A stretch of DNA of 64,000 nucleotides from Felis catus (Eukaryota). The stretch spans positions 232,998,001 to 233,062,000 of the forward strand of contig NC_058368.1 of NCBI RefSeq assembly GCF_018350175.1, in the 5' to 3' direction. The translations under genes and the position numbers were made by a program. Under the pieces are notes generated by a model. The model was not told where the DNA came from and did not search any database. It was given only the letters and a program-made list of their open reading frames with translations. Each line of letters starts with the position of its first letter. The first letter of the stretch is position 1. This document shows positions 26,180-38,619 of the stretch, one piece after another.

Positions 26180-26363
26180 TTTTTGTGTGTCTACTTATTT
26201 TTGAGAGAGAGACAGACACAGAGACAGGGTGCGCATGGGGGAGGGGCAGAGAGAGAGAGGGAGACACAGAGTCCGAAGCAGCTTCCAGGCTCCGAGCTGT
26301 CAGCACAGAGCCCGACGCGGGGCTCGAACCCACGAATCACGAGATCGTGATCGAGCCGAAGTC
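26180..26363 (-). mobile_element. Can-SINE, 5'-truncated
   Basis: Reverse body GGAGACACAGAGTCCGAAGCAG...GGGCTCGAACCCACG; similarity stops after GAGCCGAAGTC, so the head is missing. Confidence 0.93.
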
Positions 26364-27813
26364 TCAGATGGACCGAAGTTCCACTCTCCTTGTGAGACAC
26401 ACATCTCTTCCCGTCCTGATGACTCCATTTCTATGTGCCCACCTGACCCCCTGCACCTCCAACACTAATGTTCATGAGGCACCCGTGAGGCCCTCCCTGC
26501 GGGAAAACCATTTCAGGCACCCGGGGGAGCGCTGGTCAGGGCAGGCGGGGGCGGGCACACCGGGGATCAAGGGCTGTGTCTCTCAGGATCTCAGCATCCA
26601 AAGGTGGACAAAGAATCTTAACAAGTGGCCCTGAGTGAAGGCAGGCTGAGATGCAAATCTGCTCAGAGAACCTGGAAGAAGAAAAGACAATAACCACTAC
26701 AATCGAGAATTAAAATAACCATTAGCTCTTTGGACCGGTCTAGGTTTTTGCTTCCTATTATTTAATTTTCATTCCCAAATCAATGCCCAGGGATCCCTGG
26801 ACACCTGCAGTATTTGGCATTTTGGCCTTGGACTCTAAAATAGAGTTTAGATTCATTTCTGAAGGCATTACCTGCAGGGTGATATGGAAAGAGGGTAAAA
26901 ATAAATCACTTGCCTTTGGGCACAGCGGGACTTCCCGGTTGAAGGAAATCTTTGGAAAGATTTTGTTCTCGGCTCAGAATTTAAACCCAAACCTGTGATA
27001 TGGGGGACTCAATAATTAATTTTCAGTGGTTACTGAAAGGGACAGCTGTCAGTAGCAACCCAGGTGGAAATGAAATATAGACAGGGACATGAGGGGCTCA
27101 TTTTCCTGATCCAAATCCACTGCCCAAGACATCCATCTTCTGGAAACCAACAAAGATTAAATTTTAAAAGGTCTTTAGGCAGCAAGAAAAATAAAAAAAT
27201 AAATCACATTTTAGTGGTTTAGGGAGTTCAAGGGGCAAAGACATTTCCATATCTATATAATTATAAATTATTTACCATCGTGTTTTAAATTAGCATTGCG
27301 TAATGCAAAAAAAAAAAAATCATCATGTTTGTACTCCCTTCTAGCATTGCATGGCTGGCATAAATATTGACATTTTTAACATTTGCGCAAGGTATAAAAT
27401 ACCCACAAAATATTTAATGCTTTAAGGGAACAGATATTTAATGATGCTCTATTGCATGGTTAACCTCTGGCCTTTTCATTTATAAATATTCATTTCCTCT
27501 TAAGCTTCTCCAGGCTTGCCATGCCTCCCACGGTTGAAGTTTGTAAAATTGGTTTTCAGTCATTAGGGGCCGGAAAATGCACCAGCGGGTTAGGTGTGGG
27601 GAGGGATGAGAAACGGAGAGCGGGAAACAGTGTTTCTTCTCAAAGCAAATTCGCGCGTCTGAAGTCAGGGCGCCCGAGGCAGGGGTGGTATGTTTCACCA
27701 GGAGAGGACGGTGATGGGAGCCGGTGCTCCCGTCCCTGCGCAGCTCTGTGACCTTCCAGATGATGTGCATGGTTTTCACACCATCGATCATAGTCGTATA
27801 ATGACTCACATCC

Positions 27814-28452
27814 TGGATTCATTTTCCACTGCTGCCAGGAGAAAACACCACAGACAGGGCGTCGCAACAACAGAACTTTATTCGTTCACCCTTCCAGAGG
27901 CCGGAAGTCCAAGATCAGGGCCCTGGCAGGTGTGGTTCCTCCTCACACCTCTGTCCTTGGCGGGGGGGGGCGGATGCTACTCCCACTGGTCGCCCCACGT
28001 GGTCTTCCCTCTGCAAGCGGATGTCTGGGGTCTCTGTCCAGATGTCCTCTTCTTTTTATTTAATTTTTTTTTATTTTTTTTTCAACGTTTATTTACTTTT
28101 GGGACACAGAGAGACAGAGCATGAATGGGGGAGGGGCAGAGGGGGGGGGGGACACAGAATCGGAAACAGGCTCCAGGTTCTGAGCCATCAGCCCAGAGCC
28201 TGACGCGGGGCTCGAACTCACGGACGGCGAGATCGTGACCTGAGCTGAAGTCGGACGCTTAACCGACGGCGCCACCCAGGCGCCCCCAGATGTCCTCTTC
28301 TTACACGGACGCTGAGCAGACGGCCTGGGGACCCGCCCCAGCAGCCTCCTTTTAACTGCATCACCTCGTCAAGGCCGTATCTCCAAGTATGATAAGGGGG
28401 TAAGGGGTGCGACCACATAAGACAACCGAGGGACACAATTCAGCCCATAACA
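27814..28452 (-). mobile_element. MaLR LTR (MLT1A/B/C-like), interrupted by a SINE
   Basis: Minus strand begins TGTTATGGGCTGAATTGTGTCC; plus strand has ACAACAGAACTTTATT and GGCCGGAAGTCCAAGATCAGGG typical of MLT1. Confidence 0.85.
28055..28286 (-). mobile_element. Can-SINE, young
   Basis: TSD CAGATGTCCTCTTCTT at 28039-28054 and 28287-28302; (GA)n tract replaced by a G run. Confidence 0.97.
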
Positions 28453-30217
28453 CACCTCATCGGGTTTTTTCCTACTTGCCTTGACCCGTTTCACTTCAAG
28501 GGCAGAGACGGAGCAGATCTTATTATCCCAACTTTCAGATGAGGAAACAGATCAGAGAAGCTGGGAGCCGATGTGAGGAAACTCAGGACCTCTGACTTCA
28601 GGTATCAAAACACCCTCGGCAGCCTTGGGAAAGGTTCCAGCCGCCGTCAGGGCCCAGAGGCATGGTCGCTGCACACAGGAGCCCCGCCATCAGCCCTCGG
28701 GGTCCTGAGCAGAAAGCGTGGAGGCTAAGAAAGATTCGGTTTTAAGGAAAACGCTGCATTTATTCACAGTGCATTAGGGCCATTGTTTTTCACTGAGCAC
28801 TTTTCCTTTTGCTTCGTCCCCTTTCCCGTTTATAATTTAGCTGGAAGAATCAAGAGGAAGACGGTGAGTAGAAGAGAGCCCGGAACACTGCTGGATTTCT
28901 CTCTCTTCCCTGGGATAAATTGCACCCAATGACACCGGCTCGATTTTATATTGCCAATAAACATAACAGATGAGGTTTGATTTTCGCTATTGTTTGGCAC
29001 TCCCATCTGTTTACTTACGGCAAGGACGTTTTTAAAAATTAGGTAAATCTAATTTTTCAAATTCTTCATGGGCAACATTTTTCTCTGCCTCATCCATGCC
29101 TGCCTTGCCCATTAGTCATCGTCTGTGACTGTTTGATTTTTTTTTTCCTACAAGATGCTATTTATCACTTGACCCTAGCAAACTTCCTTCTGTGCTTGAA
29201 GGAAAGAAATTGAGTGTGTGTGTCTGTGTGTGTGTGTGCATGGGCCATTGAGAGAGAGGGAGAGAGAGAGAGACAGAGGGAGGAGAAGGGACGGAGAGAC
29301 TTGAAGGACCCTGGCAGTACGGGGACCCCTTCAGAATCCCCAAGGTCTCACTTACCTCCTTTATTTCCTTTTCACTGGGTTGTGAGCCACCGCATCGAGT
29401 TCACCAAAGTCCACTTGTGTCCATAATCTGTGTCTTTCCTGATTCTTGCACAGCGTACATCCTCCCCATGTCTGGATGCTTACGATAATCGCTGGCCAGC
29501 GTCCTTCTTCATGGGACAATGAGGAATCTGAAGACCCCCGGGAAGAGACCAGAGTGAGGATTAGTGTCATGCCTTCTGCTGACAGTGTGCTGCCTCTGTG
29601 GCTATTTCTGTGACCTGCCAAGGGCCCCGAGCATGCAGCAGGTGAGGGGGCGGGGACAGGAAGGAGGACCCTTGGCGTGAGTCACGCCTGTGCAAAGCCC
29701 TTAAAAATGAAGGTCCTGCCCTCATCTACCGATGACGCACATGTAGAAAGAGTCTTACGTGTGCCTGCCGGTGCGTGTTTGCGACGCGTTCTTCGTGTAA
29801 ACTTGGTGACGAATTTATGCACATTTGATGACCCTGAAGCCTGTGACAATTTTACTATATCTCAGTACAAAATATAAATTCATCGAAGTAAAAACGCTCT
29901 GTGTGTCTAAATCTTCTTCGCAGAAGTTGAGCCGTTCGGAAGTGCAATTCTGGAACAAAACTGACGACGCTTCTCACCTGCTTGCAGAGAAATGAATTCC
30001 CGTGTCATCCTGTTTACGATTTGTTTTCAGTAAATACGATTAATTAAAAATGTTAAGACCTACATCCTTTTCGGCGCTCTACTCTGTGACCATTGCCTTT
30101 AAAATTTTTTACCTAATGGCGGACAAGACGCAAACCAAATTAGAGTGCTTATTTACAAATTCTACAAATAAGATTTCACCATATTTAATCAATGGTGATT
30201 GGGAATATGCATGAATT

Positions 30218-30289
30218 TATTTTTTAAATTTTATTTATTCATTCAGAGAGAGAGAAAGCACAGGAGCATGAGCAGGGAAGGCACAGAGG

Positions 30290-30341
<52 letters not shown>

Positions 30342-30466
30342 CTTAAGCAGGCTTCACATCCAGCAGGGAGCCCCGTGTGGGGCTTGATCTCACCACATGA
30401 GATAGATCACAACCTAAGCTGAAATCAAGAGTTGGACACTCAACTGACTGAGCCACCCAGGCGCCC
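30218..30466 (-). mobile_element. Older Can-SINE with long (GA)n
   Basis: Ends GCCACCCAGGCGCCC; GGAATATGCAT on both flanks. Confidence 0.94.
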
Positions 30467-30549
30467 TAGGAATATGCATTAGTCTATAATTTTTTTAACT
30501 GTGTAAAAATATTTTTTTCAGCAAACCCTCCAAAATATACTTAATCAGT

Positions 30550-30764
30550 TGTTGTTGTTTTCTCACTATTTATTTATTCTTGAGAGAGAGCGACAGAACA
30601 CAAGTGAGGAGGGGCACAGAGAGAGGGAGACACAGAATTGGAAGCAGGCTCCAGGCTCTGAGCTGTCAGCCCAGAGCCCGATGTGGGGCTCGAACCCACG
30701 AACCGTGAGATCGGGACCTGAGCCGAAGTCAGATGCTCAACCGACTAAGCCACCCAGATTCCTC
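30550..30764 (-). mobile_element. Can-SINE
   Basis: Reverse SINE; TSD TACTTAATCAGT. Confidence 0.95.
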
Positions 30765-32426
30765 TACTTAATCAGTCTTAAGTTATGCTCTCTCCGTGTG
30801 TTTTCCTAAATCTAAGCGACAGGTTTAGATGAAAATATGTGATCATGGGAAAGAAAGAAAAATCAAAACCAGAAAAACACAGGGATGTTTGGGGAGCCAG
30901 GAGCAGTTCTCTTACCCCAAAGACAACACTAGTGGGTATTTGCTGAGGAACCTGGCCTCTGAAGGAGGCTGCACACAGATTACGGAGACTTTTTCATGTT
31001 AGGTCCCTGAGTTTGTTGTAGGTTATAGAAGCACTGAAAGTTTTGACTCGGAGATGCTCATTCATTCACTCATTCAGCAACCATTTGCTGACCGTTTCCC
31101 TGGTTACATGGACTGGAGACGAAGGGGGAGAAAGTCTTGAAGCCAAGTCTCAAAAAAGAGACAGGAAGGTGAATAAATAACGCAAGTTCCATGTGCTGAG
31201 GGTTAATAAGGAGACACAAGCAGAAGCCCAAAGTTCTGGGATGGGTTCGTCCTGACAAGAATGAGTAAGTGCCCCGTGCGTTGTATGGGCCGCCCTGTCG
31301 CTACCGCTCCCTCCACGTTCAATGACAAGTTCAATCTGTACGTGGGCCCCTGGACAGCGATCCCTGCTGCCCCCAGCTTACAGATGAGGAAACAGCACAG
31401 AGAGGCCGGGCATCCTGCCCAGGTTCACACAGCCCGTCGGGCGTGCCGATGGCACGACATGCAAATGCACCTTGTAGACCCCAGCACCTATTGCGTTCAT
31501 TCCGACTTCCATACAATCGTAAATTTAGGTTAAACTGCAGAAAGTTAATTCTTATTCATATGGAATCTTTTAACATTACTGTATATGTTTGAGAGAGGCT
31601 GTCAACGTTATTTGATGAAATTTTTGGCCATATATCTTAAAGCAGAGGTCAACACTAATTCTTTGAGAAAGATAGTCAACAAAAGAAACCTTACCTTCAG
31701 AGTAGGTGTATAATTTTGTCCCCAGTCGTCAACAGCTCTGTTTCTACTGTGTTGTTTTGGATGAATTGAAATACAGAGCTGGGAGAATGATGTAAGTTGT
31801 TTGTTTTTGAACAAGTGTCTTCCTACGTCTATCTGTCTCAAAAATCTATAGTCTTGTAGGGGGTACGCACATTTCTGGCAGAGGAAGTAGACACGTGGGC
31901 AGGAAGAGGTCAGATGTGTCTACTGCTGAGACCTGAAATTGGTCCAGTGAGTGGGTGCTGAGTCAGAGGGGCAAATACGAGGCCTGAAGTCCTGGGAGAA
32001 GAATTTGGGGCTTACAATGAGTTGCTCCTGAGTATTCCTGTTTGTTCATGATAATCCCGCTGGCTATGGGATTTCATCATTTCCTTGTGACCTATGCGAA
32101 CAGGTGAATTCTGAAGGATCAGGCTCCTTGTCCAGGGTAGTGTGGCTCAGGAGGAAGCACAGTGATCTTAGGACAGAGGCCGTGAGAAGGATGCCATCCC
32201 AGGAACCCCCCCCCCACCGTGCCCATGGCTGACCCGCTGATGCGGGCTGTGCTCCAGCTGCCCTGTGTGCTCAAGAACTTCTGGTCCGAAAAACATTTGC
32301 ATTTTCAGATTCCAGTTAGATTCTGCAGTTACAATTTTCTAATTACATTTGAGTTTTGTTTGTTTGTTTGTTTGCAAAGCCGTATGTAACTGACCTGTAT
32401 TGAGTTACAGGTTTAAAGAATTTCTA

Positions 32427-32637
32427 GGGGCGCCTGGGTGGCTCAGTCAGTTAAGTGGCTGACTCTTGATTTCTGATCAGGTCATGATCTCAAGGTTCTT
32501 GGGACCGAGCCCCGCGCTGGGCTCTGCGCTGACAGCGTGGGGCTTGCTTGGGCTTCTCTCTCTCTCTCTGCCCTTCCCTCATTCATGTGCATACGTGTGC
32601 ACATTCTAGCTCTCTCTAAAATAAATAAATAAACATT
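32427..32637 (+). mobile_element. Older Can-SINE
   Basis: GGGGCGCCTGGGTGGCTCAGTCAGTTAAG head, CTCTTGATTTC variant, tail; imperfect TSD TAAAGA(A/G)TTTC. Confidence 0.95.
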
Positions 32638-32818
32638 AAAGAGTTTCCAATTTCAGCCACTTCATAAAATACATATCCTTGTTGCAAAAATAAATTGGAC
32701 CTGTGCACCAGTATCTGTTTGAGCAACTCTGTGAGTGGAAACTCTCCATGATAGAGGGTCGTGTGATTGGCTTCAAGGGCCACAGGAGCATTCAACAATT
32801 TAAAAATTGTTCTCTCTT

Positions 32819-33040
32819 GGGGCGCCTGGGTGGCTCCGTCGGTCAAGCGTCCGACCTCAGCTCAGGTCATGATCTCATAGTCCGTGACTTTGAGCCCCGC
32901 GTCGGGCTCTGTGCTGACAGCTCGGAGCCCAAAGCCTGCTTCGGATTCTGTGTCTCCCTCTCTCTGACCCTCCCCCATTCATGCTCGGTCTCTCTCGGTC
33001 TCAAAAATAAATAAACGTTAAAAAAATAATTTAAAAAATT
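32819..33040 (+). mobile_element. Can-SINE
   Basis: Full-length; TSD AAAATTGTTCTCT. Confidence 0.96.
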
Positions 33041-33544
33041 AAAATTGTTCTCTGTTATGAATGTTTCCATTTCACAAGCTTTCTAGTGGCCAGCTTCTCA
33101 GCCCATTAGTGTATTTCTGCCGCCTGCATAATTCTTGGTGAAGCGGACGCAAGGTTGCCATTATTTATGTGGCAGGACCCATTTCTGTACATATTTGCCC
33201 AGACTCCAGCCACGTCTCCCGCAGCCTTTAGTGATAACATCCGACTTCCACGGCTGTGCTTCTGCCTTGCAGGGGTTGGCGGGTCTGACACGTGCTCCAT
33301 GGCAGGAAGACGTGTACGTGAGCATCACTCGGGCCGGATTTGGTAAACCCAATTATTTCAAGGACTCCTGTGATAGAAACGTAGCAATTAAGCTTTGAGC
33401 CTGAGTTGGGCAAATATTTGAAAACATGTTGTGAATATTGACTATTAAGGAGCTTTTGTTAGCGGAGGTGTCTGTGCTAAGATAAGGAGGGCGCAAAACT
33501 TCTGTTTCACGGGGTGGGAAGCTATTATAGACACAGGCAGCAGA

Positions 33545-33790
33545 CGCACACCAGAAACACACACACACACACACACACGGGTCCCTGATGCACGTATGGC
33601 ACATATATACACCATACACACACGTGCCCCACACACGTACATAAAGCACACTCATCACGCACACACACCACGCGGACAAAACATACACACGGATACCATG
33701 CGTACAACATACACATAAAACAGGCACACAGACACGCCGCAAACTACACAAGCGCACAGCTCGCACACACAATACACGTAAGCGCACACT
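33545..33790 (+). repeat. CA-rich degenerate microsatellite / low complexity
   Basis: (CA)n core at ~33557-33578 followed by interrupted CA repeats. Confidence 0.85.
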
Positions 33791-34945
33791 CTTTGGAAAG
33801 GTACAGGAAGTCAAAGGAAGAAGAAAAGACCCATGTTAAACCTCAGTCCAAAAGCAAAAGTAGCCAAACTCGCCCTAAGTTGACGCCTGAGCGCTGACTT
33901 GTGCCACGGCCCACACTCCTTTTGTTTCAGCAAGTTTCATCAACCAATAATTGCACAAATGACACGGGGAAAAAAAATGATGGTAATTTTGATCAAAACC
34001 AGATCTTATCCTTTCTGAACAAAGCCTACATTTTGTGGCACAGAACCCAATAAAATCTAGGCAGGCTCTTTCCCTCTGCCGGCTTTAAAAGATAAATGGC
34101 TTTTGTGATGGTAAATTTCTCCTTATGAGATCATAACGCCATCTCGGTGCGCATAAATGCCGCTTCTGTTTTCTGTAAGTGTTATCAAAAAATATTGCAA
34201 GACACTCTCCTCTCCTCAGGAGCTCAGACGTCCCCATGCTTTCCCAGGGTGGGGGCAAAAGCAAGCTTTGGGGAAGTGATTGCGAAGACATTTATCCTGA
34301 CAGGGAGACGTGTAGGAGGCAATTGAGCTGTTTGTTCAAAGGCTCCAAGGTTTTTAAAGATGACAGTACCTCTGCAGACAGGGGCCGCAGACCTGTCACC
34401 TGCCATCGTCCGGAAGGTGAGCAGTGAACCTTAGAAATGATCGTGCGGAAAAGAGAGGATGTCCTTCTTCACACCTCACCTGCTGTAGGCACACCTCGGG
34501 CCAAAGGACCATGAGGAAGGAGCAGGGAAACAATCACGTTCATCCATGGTCCAAAACCAGCTGCTGGGTGGGTGACGACGCGGCACCTGTCTCTTTCCGC
34601 TCTGGGGAAAAGGAGATTGTTCTACAGCTCAGCCCCGGCCCAGGCCTGCATCCACTCCAGGGAGTGTAGAAACCGCGAGACAAAATGATCATTACCACTT
34701 ATCGTTCAGAGAGAGGGTGTGAGGGGATCCGCACTGTCCCCAAACTTACTGCATGGCGCCCGTGACAGATGTGCAGGGAATGGCAGGTGAGGGGGGATGC
34801 CCTCGTGGCGTGCCCTGCCACCGACATCTGTTAACATCCTTCTCCATCAACCCATCCATCAATCAGAAATGTTCACACACCGCGTTTGCAAAACTCTCAG
34901 ATTTACAGTAAAATTCTGTCTTATCCCCTGAGCATTCTCACAAGC

Positions 34946-34946
<1 letters not shown>

Positions 34947-34987
<41 letters not shown>
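34947..34987 (+). repeat. (TG)20 microsatellite
   Basis: Read directly. Confidence 0.97.
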
Positions 34988-34988
<1 letters not shown>

Positions 34989-35260
34989 GGGGAGTGTCTA
35001 TGGGAGGGAGATCCCAAGTATTCCTAGAAGCCCCTAGCAGGATTTCAGCGTGGGCTGAAACCCCGAGCTATATCTGATTTGGGGGAAGAGAATCTCTCAG
35101 AATTATTTTTTCTTTTTGCTACAGGATGGCCTGCTGAGATGTTGACCACCATCAACAGGTATCGAGAACACGGGGTCCCCTTTCCCACCACAAGGACCCT
35201 CGGCTCCTTTCTATGCCCCTTGGATGTGTCCCCCGCTTCCCACAAAACCATTAAATCTCT

Positions 35261-35325
35261 TGGATGGATGGATGGATGGATGGATGGATGGATGGATGCA
35301 TTCATGCATCTGTCTAGAATGCATC

Positions 35326-35363
<38 letters not shown>

Positions 35364-35475
35364 TGTTAGATAGATATGTTAGATAGATGATAGATAGATG
35401 ATAGAGAGAGAGAGATAGATAGATGATAGATAGATACATAGATAAGTAATAGATAGATAGATGATAGATAGAGAT
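35261..35475 (+). repeat. Compound (TGGA)n / (GATA)n tetranucleotide microsatellite
   Basis: (TGGA)9 at 35261-35298, spacer, then perfect and interrupted GATA units from 35326. Confidence 0.95.
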
Positions 35476-36037
35476 ACTCAGACACTCAGATACTCAGGTA
35501 TGTATACATACTGGGTCCTTTGTACCTCCCACTTCACTGGTCTAAACTCTGCCCTTCCATGTTATCCACCACAAAAAGAATCTTTTATCCCTGAGAGTAA
35601 GGTGTGTTAGAGGTAAGATGACCATCAGATCTGAGAATCTGCCGTCATGGTGAGTTTCTCCTTGTGGCCAAGGACATTTCTTTATCCTTTTTTTCCTGAT
35701 GAATAAAAACATTTCTGTCTCTAGCACATTAATTAACCCACAGAACTAACTCCCTGGCCTTTATTATCTTAAGGTATTAGATGGAGGTAAGACAGAGGTT
35801 TAGTTACTAAGATACCTGATCCTTATCTCTCTCCAGGCCTCATTACAGGGGTGCGCAGCTCTCCAGGAAGACTTAGACCTTAATTATACCACCTCTATTT
35901 ACAATGTATGCTACCCTTAAACAGTAGCTAACCTTTGTCATAAATAAGCTATTAGTTGACTCAGATGTTTTTTCTAGGATCTATACTGGTACAATCAGCT
36001 GTTTGGCCCTTAACACTTTTGGTTTCATATATGCTTT

Positions 36038-36225
36038 TATTTTCTTAAGTTTATTTATGTATTTTGTAGAGAGACAGACACAACGTGAGCAGGGGAAGGG
36101 CAGAGAGAGAGGGAGAGAGAAAATCTCAAGCAGGCTCCGCGTTGTCAGCACAGAGCCAAAGCAGGGCTCGAACTCACGAGACCAAGAGCTGGACGCTTAA
36201 CTGACTGAGCCACCCAGGCGCCCCC
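36038..36225 (-). mobile_element. Can-SINE with internal deletion
   Basis: TSD GTTTCATATATGCTTT; lacks the TCATGACCTGAGC segment seen in other copies. Confidence 0.94.
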
Positions 36226-37253
36226 GTTTCATATATGCTTTGAAATATTCGCACAAAATATGGATGGATGGATATGTGTTTGTGTGTGTGCACGAGAAGG
36301 AGACAGCGATTGAAAAAGGAGGAGAGACAGACAGAGAGACAGAGACAAAGAGGCAGAGAGAGCTTATGTCTAGAAGGTCCTGGGTACTCTGGACGAGACC
36401 GAGGGCCTCACTCCTCCCAATTTATGTCTCTGCTTCGTTTCCACTGTGGTTTACATAGCAGGGGGTGCTCTGCTGTTAGTAGAGGGAGGAGGGAAAAGGT
36501 AAATGCCATTTTATTTCATTTTATTTCTTGTGGCCTCATTTTATTTTATTTGTCTTGATCTTATTTTGCAGAAATCATAGGAGCGAAGTGAGAAACATGA
36601 AGACAGCAGAGAACTGATGCCCGTCCCTGCTCCACGTCTCAGAATGGGAGCACGGTTATAATGACTTAGCAGCTCCTTAAAGGGGCCACACCAGCACCCA
36701 GGAAAAGCGTCTTCCCGAGAAATGTTGCGGGTTCTGGACAGGGACTGTGGGCACACGGCTTGTCACAGTTCCTCGTGGGGATGCCCCCTCCCTGTCTCCC
36801 AGCTGACCCGGCCACTCCGCTCCCAGGGCAAAAGGCGATTTCCCAAGACACACCCAGACAGTCTTGCTTCTTCAATCCCTAAGGAGTGTCCTCTTAGAAG
36901 TGAGGTGGCCTGTGTTCCCAATAACCTCCCTATGGCAGATAAAACTGTGAGTTTCAGTGGGTTGTTCCTAAAACAGGCTTTAACCTGTGCCAGAATGCAG
37001 CTCTTTCAGACGCCAGTCGGTGGGCACATAAAATAATCTCACGTAAACATTTGGCTCCGCAATGGTAGGATTTAAAGAAAGGTGATATAATTGCACTGCA
37101 AATGTGTCACAGTCTCTATCTTTATTTCCAAGAGCAAAATCTGAGCATCAGATTCAAAGTTAAGTAAGAATAGGCCAGACTGGTTTGTCTGTTTTTAGCC
37201 CTGCCGATAGCTTGTGTGGTGGGATCTCATTGGGGTTTTAATATGCATTTCTT

Positions 37254-37466
37254 GGGGCGCCTGGGTGGCTCAGTCGGTTGAGCGTCCGGCTTCGGCTCAG
37301 GTCATGATCTCGCGGTCCGTGTGTTCGAGCCCCGCTTCGGGCTCTGTGCTGACAGCTCAGAGCCTGGAGCCTGCTTCCGATTCTGTGTCTCCCTCTCTCC
37401 CTGCCCCTCCCCTGCTCATGCTGTCTCTCTCTGTCTCTCAAAAATAAATAAATGTAATAAAAAAAC
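37254..37466 (+). mobile_element. Can-SINE (SINEC_Fc2-like)
   Basis: Full head, body and tail; no clear TSD; preceded by a short antisense L1 piece (GGATCTCATTGGGGTTTTAATATGCATTTC). Confidence 0.96.
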
Positions 37467-38089
37467 TTTTAAAATTTTTTTAAGCTTTTAAAATGAAAGT
37501 GTCACACATACACAGGAAATGACATAAATCATAACTATACAGCTCCATGAATGACCTCCAGGTGATCAAATGCACGTCACCAGGTTAGGAATAGAGCTAT
37601 GCCAGCCCACTGACTGTCCCCCACATGACCCTGTGATCAGCGCCTTAAGCGACCACCATGCTGCCTGCTGAGATCGCTAATTTTGCCTCTTTTTGAATTG
37701 TATATGCATGTTTTATGTCAACATCACGGCTGCAATCTGGCCGCTGGATGTGTGCAGCAATGGTGGAAGCCAAGTCTACGTGAGGGTCACGATAATTCTT
37801 TGTGTTCCTCTCCTCATTGTCCTCTTCCCAAAGTTGCCAAGGACCCAACAGACCACCTGGGGCCTTGGAGAAGGGTCTGGGACCCTACATCACCCTGAGG
37901 AGGATCACCAACCTAAACCAACCCATTGGACTACTTTGACTGTGAGAAGTGACTTCTGTTGCATTAAGCCCAACTTTGAAGCTGTTGGTTCCCTCTCTGA
38001 ACCTCTCCTGGTAACACAAACTTGATGTGTTGCAATAATATCATATTATCAGGGGCTTTACATTTGTAAATTTTTTAGTACTCCTTCCT

Positions 38090-38278
38090 CTTTTAACTTG
38101 ATTTATTTATTTTGGAGAGAGAAAGCACAAGCAGGGGAGGGGCAGAGAGAAGGAGAGACAGAAGACCAAGCAGGTTCCACGCCATCAGCACAGAGCCCAA
38201 ACTCACGAACCGTGAGAGCATGGCCGGAGCCAGGATCAAGAGTCAGATGCTTAACTGAATGCGCCACTCAGGCACCCC
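38090..38278 (-). mobile_element. Older Can-SINE
   Basis: Ends GCCACTCAGGCACCCC; TSD TAGTAC(T/C)CCTTCCT. Confidence 0.93.
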
Positions 38279-38619
38279 TAGTACCCCTTCCTGACTTCTT
38301 TTTTATTCATGAAAGCATTATATATTTTTTTGTATTTTTTGTCTAATTGTCAATTTTTATTTTCAAATGAGGAGATGCTTCAAACTGTCCATGAAGGCCT
38401 GAGCAATTTTAAAGAGAAAATATGGCTGTTGATGTAGCTCGCGATGAAGCACTACCTCCAGGCTTGGGAGCACCAATGGCTCTCCCACCATGGAGTAGGT
38501 GATCTTTTATGCTCCCCTACCTCCCTTCCGGCCACTGCCTCACGTGATGGCCCGGCAGAGCTCATCCGTTGCATTTTGTATCTCTCGTCTTCTGGCCCTG
38601 GGTTTCTCCACCTCTACAG

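Noticed and set aside
33353..33814. 153-aa Cys/Val-rich ORF
   Set aside because: Artefact of TG-rich low complexity, which lacks stops.
34360..34422. Possible exon ending AAG|GTGAGC
   Set aside because: The acceptor lacks a good polypyrimidine tract and there is no other support.
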